Shown piece after piece: positions 46,292 through 54,433 of a stretch of DNA of 64,000 bases (the stretch's first letter is position 1; every line of letters starts with the position of its first letter). The stretch lies in assembly GCA_017468385.1 (NCBI GenBank), contig JAFUIQ010000009.1:68614-132613 (forward strand), read 5' to 3'. Under the pieces are notes generated by a model. The model searched no databases and was not told the DNA's origin. It was given only the letters and a program-made list of their open reading frames with translations. A program made the translations under genes and the position numbers. This stretch comes from Clostridia bacterium. Lineage in GTDB: Bacteria > Bacillota > Clostridia > Oscillospirales > CAG-272.

Positions 46292-47583
46292 CAGGTGTCC
46301 TCCTCTTCGGTGAATGTGCCGCCCAAGGCGGCGATGTCGGCTGTGAAGCCAGGATAGGATTTGGCAATGGCCTGGGCATCGGTGACGGAGATATCTCCCT
46401 CCGCGTACAGAGATGCCACAAAGGCGCACATCACCAGACGGTGATCGCGGAACGAGGATACGGTGCCGCCGTACAAGGGGCGGCCGCCCCGGATCACGAT
46501 GCGGGTCTCATCGGACGTGATGTCCGCGCCCAGCGTGCGAAGCACTTCGGTAACGGATGCCACCCGATCGCTTTCCTTAATGCGCAGGCGGGCAATGCCG
46601 GTGATGACGGTTTCACCCTCCGCCCGTGCCGCCACCGCGGCGATCACAGGCACCAGATCGGGAATCTGGGAAGCATCCAGCGAGATGCCGTGCAGGGGGG
46701 CAGGGGATACGGTGACAGCATCGCCGTCCACGGTAACGTCCGCGCCGAACTGGCGGATTACGTCCACGATCCGCCGATCCCCCTGGGGGGAGTGGATGTC
46801 CACGCCCGTCACGGTGACGGGATGCTGTCCCACCGCGCCCGCCGCCAGCCAGATGGCGGCATTGGACCAGTCGCCCTCCACGGAAATTTCACCGGGAGAG
46901 CGGTATACACAGGGAATCAGCGAATAACGCCGTTCATCGGGGGAGACATCCACGTGCATGCCGAAACGGTCCATGACCGATGTGGTGATGCGAATATAAT
47001 CCGCGGATTCAATATTGCCCGTCAAGGACAGCGTGCATCGGGCGTAACTCAAAGGAAAGGCCATCAAAAGACCGCTGATGAATTGGGAAGATACATTGGC
47101 TGCCAATGTATACTCTCCGGCGGTGATGGGACCTCCCACCGGCAGGGGCTCTGTGTGGGGATCCCGGGGCAGACGGGCACCGTGGCGCAGGAGTTCCTCG
47201 TACAATGGGGAGAGGGGTCGCTGTGCCAGACGGCCGCGGCGTACAAAGTGAGCAGTACCCATGGGGCCGTGCGCCAAGTATGCGGCGATGGGCAGAAGAA
47301 ACCGCAGGGTGGAGCCGCTCTCGCCGCAATCCAAGACGGGATCGACAGGCCATGGCGAATCCGCCGGTGTGACATGAAATCCGCTCTCTGTGCGGGTGAT
47401 ATCGGCACCCAAAGCACGCAGACAGCGGGCGGTGGCGTCGATGTCCTCGCTGGTGGCATGGCATCGGAGAAACGTGGGCCGATCCGCAAAGGCGGCGCAG
47501 ATCAGCATCCGGTGCGCTACCGATTTAGAGGGGATGGCACCGATCCTGCCACCCCGGATGGGGGTGTGAAAGGTCAGGGTCAT
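46291..47583 (-). CDS. aroA: 3-phosphoshikimate 1-carboxyvinyltransferase (EPSP synthase)
   Basis: 430 aa with EPSP synthase pattern (PSKSVAHR-like IPSKSVAHRMLI, LRIKESDR). Confidence 0.93.
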   Translation of the reverse strand: MTLTFHTPIRGGRIGAIPSKSVAHRMLICAAFADRPTFLRCHATSEDIDATARCLRALGADITRTESGFHVTPADSPWPVDPVLDCGESGSTLRFLLPIAAYLAHGPMGTAHFVRRGRLAQRPLSPLYEELLRHGARLPRDPHTEPLPVGGPITAGEYTLAANVSSQFISGLLMAFPLSYARCTLSLTGNIESADYIRITTSVMDRFGMHVDVSPDERRYSLIPCVYRSPGEISVEGDWSNAAIWLAAGAVGQHPVTVTGVDIHSPQGDRRIVDVIRQFGADVTVDGDAVTVSPAPLHGISLDASQIPDLVPVIAAVAARAEGETVITGIARLRIKESDRVASVTEVLRTLGADITSDETRIVIRGGRPLYGGTVSSFRDHRLVMCAFVASLYAEGDISVTDAQAIAKSYPGFTADIAALGGTFTEEEDT

Positions 47584-48632
47584 GAGCGGCCTCCCCTGAG
47601 GAAGTCCGGCAATTCCGCAACGGGAATCCGCTGCAGCATGCAGCCGCCGATGCCGGTAGGCAGCACCACATCGATGTGGCCGCCCTCCCGTTTTTTGTCG
47701 TGGGTGGCCGCCTCGTACAGATCGTCCACGGCGTATTCCGTCTCCGTGGGCAAATCGTATTGCGTCAAAAGTTTACTCAGAGCCGGCAGAACCTGGGCGG
47801 GGCAGATGCCCCGGCGGATGGCGTATTCGGTGGCGATCCGCATGCCGATGGCCACGCCGTGGCCATGCATCAGGGAGAAGTTTGAGCGCAGTTCAATAGC
47901 ATGTCCCGCGGTGTGGCCGAAGTTCAGATGCTTCCTGACGCCGTGATCCGTTTCGTCCTCCTCCACGATCCGCGCTTTCTGGGCGATACAGCGGGCGATG
48001 ACCGTGGCCATATCCATGGTGTCGGGATTGCTCAGCATGTCAAACAGCACTGCGTCGCCGATGACGGCGTATTTGATCACTTCCGCGAAGCCGTCGGCGC
48101 GTACCTCCGGCGTCAGCGTCTGCAGTGTATCGGGATCGCACAGCACCAGGGACGGATGATGGAACGCGCCGGCCAGATTCTTGCCGGCCGCCAGATCCAC
48201 CGCGGTCTTACCGCCCACGGAGGAATCCACGCAGGAGAGAACTGTGGTGGGAATGCCCACATACCGGATGCCGCGGAGGTAGACCGCGGCGGCAAATCCT
48301 GCCAGATCGCCTACCACGCCGCCGCCCAGGGCACAGACGATGTCGGTGCGGGTGAAGGCGTTTTCCGCCAGAGCGTTCAGAAGGGCGATCAGGGACGTGG
48401 TGTTCTTGGATGCCTCCCCGTGGGGAATGACGAACTCCGCCGTGTCCAGTCCCGCGCTATGCAGGGAGCGGGACAGCGTGTCCCCGTACAAAGCGCGGAC
48501 CGTGTCGTCGGTGACGATCATCACGCGGCACGCACCCATCGTATCTTTAATGTACTCTCCCGCCCGGGCCAGAATGCCCGATTCGATGTGAATATCGTAG
48601 GGGCGGGATACATGTACCGTAATCGTTTTCAT
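47580..48632 (-). CDS. aroB: 3-dehydroquinate synthase
   Basis: GGGVVGDLAGFAAAVYLRGI, metal-binding His residues (FGHTAGHAIE...HGHGVAIG). Confidence 0.93.
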   Translation of the reverse strand: MKTITVHVSRPYDIHIESGILARAGEYIKDTMGACRVMIVTDDTVRALYGDTLSRSLHSAGLDTAEFVIPHGEASKNTTSLIALLNALAENAFTRTDIVCALGGGVVGDLAGFAAAVYLRGIRYVGIPTTVLSCVDSSVGGKTAVDLAAGKNLAGAFHHPSLVLCDPDTLQTLTPEVRADGFAEVIKYAVIGDAVLFDMLSNPDTMDMATVIARCIAQKARIVEEDETDHGVRKHLNFGHTAGHAIELRSNFSLMHGHGVAIGMRIATEYAIRRGICPAQVLPALSKLLTQYDLPTETEYAVDDLYEAATHDKKREGGHIDVVLPTGIGGCMLQRIPVAELPDFLRGGRS

Positions 48633-48643
48633 GGGAATCTTCC

Positions 48644-49480
48644 TTATTTTCCGTCAATGGATTCTTTGGCCTCGCGGCCGTCTTTCAAAAGGACGCGGGT
48701 GGCTTCCGTGTCCCCGTCCCGGATGGCATCCCGGTATTCGGTGAGGGACGCGATCAGCGTGTTAAGTTCCGACACCAGATGTTCCTTGTTCTCCACGAAC
48801 AACTCGCTCCACATCTGCTCGTTCAGACGGGCGACGCGGGTCAGGTCCTTGTAGGATCCGGCGGAGAATCCCTTGTGGGAGCGGGCGGTGGGGGATTTCA
48901 CATACGCATTGGATACCACGTGAGCCAACTGGGAGGTGAAGGCGATCATCTCGTCGTGCTGATCCGCCGTGGTCACGGTCATGCGGCCGAATCCCGCCGG
49001 GGCCAGGGCCTTTTTCACCCGATCCAAGAGAAAGATATCGTCAAAAGTGGGAGGCACCAGCACCATGGAGGCGCCGTTGAACAGATTCTCTCTGGCGTGC
49101 TTGAAGCCGGAGTATTGCAGGCCCGCCATGGGATGGCCGCCCACGAAGGTGAAGCCGTATTCTTTGGCCAGTGCAAATCCCACCTCGCAGATGGTCCGCT
49201 TGGTGCCGCACAGATCGATCACCAGGGCATCCTTCGAAATCCGGGGCGCGATGTCCTTCAGATAATCGATGGCCGCCTGGGGATAGAGCGCGATCAGCAA
49301 AAGATCGCAGGAGGGGATATCCTCCCGGGTCAATTCCCCGTCGATCGCGCCGCGCAGGCGGGCGTATTCCACGATGGTGTGATCCCGATCCGCCCCCAGT
49401 ACGCAGGCGTCGCTGTTTTGCTTGTATGCTTTTGCCATCGATCCGCCAATCAGACCGAGGCCGATGATTCCGACTTTCAT
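48644..49480 (-). CDS. tyrA: Prephenate dehydrogenase
   Basis: NAD fold MKVGIIGLGLIGGSMA and a PDH domain. Confidence 0.9.
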   Translation of the reverse strand: MKVGIIGLGLIGGSMAKAYKQNSDACVLGADRDHTIVEYARLRGAIDGELTREDIPSCDLLLIALYPQAAIDYLKDIAPRISKDALVIDLCGTKRTICEVGFALAKEYGFTFVGGHPMAGLQYSGFKHARENLFNGASMVLVPPTFDDIFLLDRVKKALAPAGFGRMTVTTADQHDEMIAFTSQLAHVVSNAYVKSPTARSHKGFSAGSYKDLTRVARLNEQMWSELFVENKEHLVSELNTLIASLTEYRDAIRDGDTEATRVLLKDGREAKESIDGK

Positions 49481-50481
49481 GCCCGTGCCACTTCCAGAAT
49501 CCGGGCAACGCCCTGGGCTACCTCACCGAACTGCTCGGGGGTCAGGGACTGGGGACCGTCGCACAGCGCGTGCTTGGGATCGTTGTGTACTTCAATCATA
49601 AGCCCGGCGGCACCGCAGGCGGCGGCCGCATAGGCCATGGGCTTTACATAACGGGCTACGCCGGTGGCGTGGCTGGGATCCACGATCACGGGAAGGTGGG
49701 TCAGCTCCTTCAATACCGATACGGCAGACAGATCCAGCGTGTTGCGGGTGTATGTTTCAAAAGTACGGATGCCGCGCTCGCACAAAATTACGTTCTCGTT
49801 GCCGCCGGCCATGATGTATTCCGCGCTCATCAGCCATTCTTTCATGGTGTTGGCCAGACCCCGCTTCAGAAGGATGGGCTTGCGGGTCTTGCCCAGTTCC
49901 TTCAGAAGCTCAAAGTTTTGCATGTTGCGCGCTCCCACCTGGATCACGTCCACATCCTCAAACAGGGGCAGGTGATTGGCGTTCATGATTTCGGTAACGA
50001 TGGGCAGACCGGTTTCCTTTTTCGCTTCCACAAGAAGATCAATTCCCTCGGCCTTCAGTCCCTGGAAATCGTAGGGAGAGGTGCGGGGCTTGAATGCGCC
50101 GCCGCGAAGCATAGTTGCGCCCAGACGCTTGACTTCCCGTGCGATGCCGATGAGCTGCTCCTCACTTTCCACGGAGCAGGGACCGGCGATGAAGGTAAAA
50201 ATATCGCCGCCTACGGATGTATCGCCCACGTGGACGATCGTATCATCGGGATGGAATTTGCGGTTGGCACTCTTGAAGGGCTCACTGATGCGGGTGACGG
50301 ATTCCACCACTTCCAGACCGGCCAGAAGATCGCCGTCGATTTTGGCGGTATCGCCGATCAGACCGAGAACCGTCTGATATTCACCACGGGAAATGTGTAC
50401 ATCCAGTCCGACAGAGCGGATCCAGTCCACGATGCTCTGAATTTGCGAATCGGTGGCGGTATTTTTCAAAACGGCTATCAT
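49477..50481 (-). CDS. aroF: 3-deoxy-7-phosphoheptulonate (DAHP) synthase, type I-beta, with an N-terminal ferredoxin/ACT-like regulatory domain
   Basis: LRGGAFKPRTSPYDFQG and the catalytic core. A ~70-aa N-terminal extension (MIAVLKNTATDSQIQSIVDWIRSVGLDVHISRG) resembles Thermotoga-type regulated enzymes. GGAGG SD. Confidence 0.9.
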   Translation of the reverse strand: MIAVLKNTATDSQIQSIVDWIRSVGLDVHISRGEYQTVLGLIGDTAKIDGDLLAGLEVVESVTRISEPFKSANRKFHPDDTIVHVGDTSVGGDIFTFIAGPCSVESEEQLIGIAREVKRLGATMLRGGAFKPRTSPYDFQGLKAEGIDLLVEAKKETGLPIVTEIMNANHLPLFEDVDVIQVGARNMQNFELLKELGKTRKPILLKRGLANTMKEWLMSAEYIMAGGNENVILCERGIRTFETYTRNTLDLSAVSVLKELTHLPVIVDPSHATGVARYVKPMAYAAAACGAAGLMIEVHNDPKHALCDGPQSLTPEQFGEVAQGVARILEVARA

Positions 50482-50525
50482 AATTGTTCCTCCGGTAAGG
50501 TATAATAATTTTGTGTAAGGTATGG

Positions 50526-50566
50526 GATAAAAAATGAAGCCTCACAGCGCTTTCACTGTGAGGCTT
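50526..50566 (-). terminator. Intrinsic terminator inside the 5' leader of the aromatic operon (attenuator)
   Basis: On the minus strand: AAGCCUCACAG-ugaaagcg-CUGUGAGGCUU followed by CAUUUUUUA. It sits 45 nt upstream of the aroF ATG and about 170 nt downstream of the promoter. Confidence 0.8.
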
Positions 50567-50630
50567 TCCCAAAAACGGAATCGGTGGGATGACCTTATAT
50601 TCGCAGTAAAAATTACGCAGCAAATTACTC

Positions 50631-50693
50631 TTACTTTCTTACAATGTAATAAAAGTAAAAGTAATAAAATGCGTATGCGAATACGTTTCTCAT
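50631..50693 (-). CDS. Leader peptide of the aromatic operon: MRNVFAYAFYYFYFYYIVRK (20 aa; 4 Phe and 6 Tyr)
   Basis: My translation of the minus strand: atg aga aac gta ttc gca tac gca ttt tat tac ttt tac ttt tat tac att gta aga aag taa. GGAGAG lies 11 nt upstream. It sits between a consensus promoter and a terminator. Confidence 0.7.
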   Translation of the reverse strand: MRNVFAYAFYYFYFYYIVRK

Positions 50694-50738
50694 CTTTACT
50701 ACGACTCTCCGTGTAAATATTTACCCTATGGTGATTCC

Positions 50739-50767
50739 ATTATAGCACTGGGACAGGTGGCTGTCAA
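50739..50767 (-). promoter_or_regulatory. Consensus sigma-A promoter of the aromatic operon
   Basis: On the minus strand: TTGACA (50767-62) - 17 nt - TATAAT (50744-39). Confidence 0.7.
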
Positions 50768-50947
50768 GGCATTAGGCAAAAAAAAGAGAGCGTAAACAAA
50801 AAACATCCACAAGGATTGAATTTTTATACAATCCTGCAAATGGTTGCGTTTACAATAAATTTAAAATTGTTGTGTTGACAATAATTTCATGCCGTGATAT
50901 ACTGTTGAAAATAATGTATAGGATCATCCAACAAATGGAGGCTTGTA

Positions 50948-52633
50948 ATGGCTGAACTGGTTTACAATGTACGGGATATTCTTACGTTCCGGGATCTGAT
51001 CGGCGGTAGTGCCGAATTATACGGCGATTTGTGCGCGTTCACCTTTCGGGAAGGCGACGGCATCCGTGAGGTAACGTATCGGGAGGCCTACGACGATGTC
51101 CGTGCCTTTGCCGCCTATCTCAATTCTTTGGGACTGAGTGGCAAAAAGGTGGGCGTCATGGGCAAAAACGGCTATCCCTGGGCGCTGACCTATCTGGCCG
51201 TCACCTGCGGGGTGGGCGTGATCGTGCCCATCGACCGGGAGTTGAAGCCGGACGAACTCCAGCACGTGGTGGATCATTCCGAATTGTCCGCCATCGTGCA
51301 TCTGCCCGACGCGGCGGAGAAGGTGGAGGCTCTGGCGGGAGATTTTCTGCGTCTGAATACGGCATCTCTTGCGGAATATATTGCCGCGGGAGAAACGCTC
51401 CGTGCCATGGGCGACACGTCCTATGAGAATCATCATGTGGATCCCCACGGGTTGGGCATCCTTTTGTATACATCCGGCACCACCGGATTGGCCAAGGGCG
51501 TCATGCTGTCCCAGTACAACATCTGCTCCAATATCATGAATGTGCTTCGCATGGTGTCCGTGGGGGTAGAAGATCGGGTTTTGTCCATCCTGCCTCTGCA
51601 TCACACCTACGAGTGCATGGCGGGATTCCTTGCCCCCCTCTACGCCGGCGCCAGCATTGCCTATAACGATTCCCTCCGCCGCCTGACGGAGGATTTCAAG
51701 CTGTTTTCTCCCACCGTTCTGATCGCCGTTCCCCTGGTGCTGGAAACCTTGCGCAACAACATCATCAAGCGATACGGCAAGATCAAGGGCGGTAATGCAC
51801 TTTTGGCCGTCCAGCGGCGGGTGTCCGACGCGGCCCGTGCCCTCAATCCCGATGCGGGCCGAAAAATTTTCTCTACGGTGGCAAATGCTTTTGGCGGACG
51901 GCTGACACGGATCCTCTCCGGTGCGGCTCTGCTTCCCGAGCATGTCCATCGGGATATGGAGCGGTTCGGATTCAAGGTGTATATCGGCTACGGACTGACG
52001 GAAACCTCCCCCGTCTGCCTGATGCATAACGATTTCTACCGGGCCCCCGACGATATCGGATTCCCCATCGTAGGCGGCCAGGCGAAATTGGTGGATCCCG
52101 ACGAGAACGGCTTGGGTGAGTTGGCCTACCGGGGCGCCAATGTGATGCTGGGATATTATAAGAATCCCGAGGAAACCGCAAAAGTTCTGCGGGACGGGTG
52201 GTTCCACACAGGCGATCTTGCCCGGGTAAAAGAGAACGGCGCGTACCAGATCACGGGACGCAAAAAGAGCATGATCGTTACCCAGAACGGCAAGAAGATC
52301 TTCCCCGAGGAATTGGAGTTCTATTTGGATCAGAGCGAGTATGTAGCGGAGTGCATGGTATACGGCGAGGAGGGCGAGCATGACGTGATTGTCACCGCCG
52401 CCGTGTTCCCCAACTATCCCGTCATTGAGGAGCGTCTGGCCGGGGAGGGAATTCATCCCGGAGACGATCATTTTGACAGCCGTGTGCGGGAGATCATCAC
52501 CAAAGCCGTGAAAGAGGTGAACGAAAAGCTCCCCTCCTTCCGCCGCATCATGAAGATCTGCATCCGCAAAACGGAGTTTGTGAAAACTACCACCCGCAAG
52601 ATCAAGCGCACCGACGAAAACCGGGGCGAGTGA
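50948..52633 (+). CDS. AMP-dependent synthetase/ligase (long-chain acyl-CoA synthetase-like)
   Basis: AMP-binding motifs LLYTSGTTGLAKGVML, YGLTETS and TGDLARV. Own TTGACA-17-TATACT promoter. Confidence 0.88.
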   Translation: MAELVYNVRDILTFRDLIGGSAELYGDLCAFTFREGDGIREVTYREAYDDVRAFAAYLNSLGLSGKKVGVMGKNGYPWALTYLAVTCGVGVIVPIDRELKPDELQHVVDHSELSAIVHLPDAAEKVEALAGDFLRLNTASLAEYIAAGETLRAMGDTSYENHHVDPHGLGILLYTSGTTGLAKGVMLSQYNICSNIMNVLRMVSVGVEDRVLSILPLHHTYECMAGFLAPLYAGASIAYNDSLRRLTEDFKLFSPTVLIAVPLVLETLRNNIIKRYGKIKGGNALLAVQRRVSDAARALNPDAGRKIFSTVANAFGGRLTRILSGAALLPEHVHRDMERFGFKVYIGYGLTETSPVCLMHNDFYRAPDDIGFPIVGGQAKLVDPDENGLGELAYRGANVMLGYYKNPEETAKVLRDGWFHTGDLARVKENGAYQITGRKKSMIVTQNGKKIFPEELEFYLDQSEYVAECMVYGEEGEHDVIVTAAVFPNYPVIEERLAGEGIHPGDDHFDSRVREIITKAVKEVNEKLPSFRRIMKICIRKTEFVKTTTRKIKRTDENRGE

Positions 52634-52647
52634 GAGGGAAATCATAT

Positions 52648-52676
52648 AGGGGCGTGCATGGCACGTCCCTTTTTTG
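52648..52676 (+). terminator. Rho-independent terminator
   Basis: aggggcgtgc-atg-gcacgtccct followed by tttttt. Confidence 0.75.
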
Positions 52677-52818
52677 TATGTCTGGCACTTTTGTCTGATA
52701 TTGTGCTGCGGGAATCCTTGTGATACAATGTAGATAATTTTTATTTTTATTGAACCTTTTTGCGGCGAAAAGCAACATAGGATGTGAAACCGGTTTTAAT
52801 AACTCGAAAGGAGGACGT

Positions 52819-54114
52819 ATGGAGCAAAAAGTATCTTTTGAAATGCTGCTGGCCCAGCACCGCATCGTTGTGGAACGATATATCAATTTCCGCTTGCCCA
52901 CCCGCTTTGATGCGGATGATGTGATTCAGGAAACGTACTACGCGGCGTACCTTGGATATGAGAAATTGCGCAAAAAAGATTTGTTCAAACCTTGGATTTT
53001 GGCAATTGCAAAAAACCAATGCAATCTTTGGTTCCGCAAAAAATATGGCAGTGACGTAATTTCGTTGGATACAGTGCCGGAGATGGTGGACAGTATTATG
53101 CCGGAGGACAATTCCGTATGGGATATATTGGGCCGACTTCCCAGGGAATCCGCCCAACTGCTGCGACTGACCATTCAAGGGTATAAACAAAGCGAAATAG
53201 CACAGCGGATGGGCATTCCCATCGGCACCGTAAAGAGCCGTCTGCATTATGCGAAAAAACAGTTTCGTTCTATATGTACCTCTGAACAGATTTCCATGTT
53301 TGAGAAAGGAAGAAAACTTATGCCGAAAAAGGACTATACCTGCGGATTCCCCGCGGAAATGCCGGTGCTGGTGATCAAGGGATCCAACCGCCCATTCCCT
53401 GAAGTAAAATGTGCGGAGGAATCTTTTATTATCCCGATCATCGGAAACAAAAATTCCGAGGGCACCTACCGGTATCCGAACAAGAAACTGGCACTGGTAT
53501 CCACCTGTTATGTTCCCAAAGCGACCGTAATTCACGGTGTGTCCGGTGTGAAGGTGTGCCGGGACACCTACAACGTCAAAGCCGGAAAGCTTTATAAAAA
53601 CGAATGTGTTTGGTTTTCTCAGCTGACCGATGAGTATATCCGGGATCTGGGGACGATTGCCTGCGATTCTGACGCGGACGATGATTATCCTACGGCAATC
53701 TATACTTTTTTGGAAGAGGATTACGATGTGGCCGTCAACGGAAACGATCGGGTTCACGGCAGACCTTTGCTGATCAAGGAAAATCCCCCCAAAGTGGTCG
53801 GAGACAAAATTTTCGTGGATGAATATAACATCCGTTATACCATGGGAACCTTCGATGTGACTATCGGGGATAGAACCTTTGAAACCATCAAATTTATCAA
53901 TGTGCAAAATAATACTCTGGTAACAGAAAATTATGTGGATATAAGCGGCAGGCTTGTTTTTCTGCGTTGGTATGAGTCGGTTGCCTGTATTGAGCAGACG
54001 GAATGGTATACCGACGAGTGGAAACAAAGCATTTTGCATCAGAATCCCAAACTGATTGTCAACGATAGGGAATACCGCCTGCTCGAAGACCGAATCAGCG
54101 AATACGCACTGTAA
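52819..54114 (+). CDS. ECF-type sigma-70 factor fused to a ~260-aa C-terminal soluble domain of unknown function
   Basis: Region 2 (DADDVIQETYYAAYLGYEKLRKKDLFKPWILAIAKNQ) and region 4 (YKQSEIAQRMGIPIGTVKSRLHYAKKQF) lie in the first ~170 aa. The remaining ~260 aa have no TM and no motif I recognise. AGGAGG SD at ATG 52819. GC is lower than in the flanks. Confidence 0.8.
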   Translation: MEQKVSFEMLLAQHRIVVERYINFRLPTRFDADDVIQETYYAAYLGYEKLRKKDLFKPWILAIAKNQCNLWFRKKYGSDVISLDTVPEMVDSIMPEDNSVWDILGRLPRESAQLLRLTIQGYKQSEIAQRMGIPIGTVKSRLHYAKKQFRSICTSEQISMFEKGRKLMPKKDYTCGFPAEMPVLVIKGSNRPFPEVKCAEESFIIPIIGNKNSEGTYRYPNKKLALVSTCYVPKATVIHGVSGVKVCRDTYNVKAGKLYKNECVWFSQLTDEYIRDLGTIACDSDADDDYPTAIYTFLEEDYDVAVNGNDRVHGRPLLIKENPPKVVGDKIFVDEYNIRYTMGTFDVTIGDRTFETIKFINVQNNTLVTENYVDISGRLVFLRWYESVACIEQTEWYTDEWKQSILHQNPKLIVNDREYRLLEDRISEYAL

Positions 54115-54121
54115 CCCCACG

Positions 54122-54146
54122 CCCCGCCCTCGTGCGGGGTTTTTTG
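54122..54146 (+). terminator. Rho-independent terminator
   Basis: ccccgc-cctcgt-gcgggg followed by ttttttg. Confidence 0.75.
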
Positions 54147-54186
54147 TTATGGTACGTAAAAGGCCTTTTTGCTCCGTGCTTTTTTC

Positions 54187-54215
54187 TTGACAACCTCCGC
54201 GTTCTTTGCTATAAT
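54187..54215 (+). promoter_or_regulatory. Consensus sigma-A promoter
   Basis: TTGACA - 17 nt - TATAAT. Confidence 0.6.
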
Positions 54216-54235
54216 GTATGCGAAAGGAGGCCCCC

Positions 54236-54358
54236 GTGCGAAGAAAGATATATACTGCTATGAATCCAAGAAAACGGTTTGACTCTTGCCGAAAGCAGGA
54301 GCCGGTGTGCGTTTTTCTTGGCTTTTTGTTTTATATGCGTTCTTTGCACTTTCCGTAG
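54236..54358 (+). CDS. Candidate small protein (40 aa; GTG start), not in the ORF track
   Basis: AAAGGAGG SD 5 nt before GTG 54236, which is 20 nt downstream of the -10 element. Translation: (M)RRKIYTAMNPRKRFDSCRKQEPVCVFLGFLFYMRSLHFP, a basic N-terminus and a hydrophobic C-terminus. Confidence 0.3.
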   Translation: MRRKIYTAMNPRKRFDSCRKQEPVCVFLGFLFYMRSLHFP

Positions 54359-54433
54359 GTTTCGTATTGTGTATATTCGTTTTTGCCCGAGGAAGAAATC
54401 GATTGTATTATGAAACAATATGGAGGAGAATGA

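Noticed and set aside
50482-50735. Could the aromatic operon leader be a T-box (as for pheST) or a TRAP-binding leader?
   Set aside because: I found no GGGUGGNACCGCG T-box core and no K-turn/AGAGA/specifier architecture. The GAG/UAG triplets are not regularly spaced as TRAP requires. A translated F/Y-rich leader ORF explains the region better.
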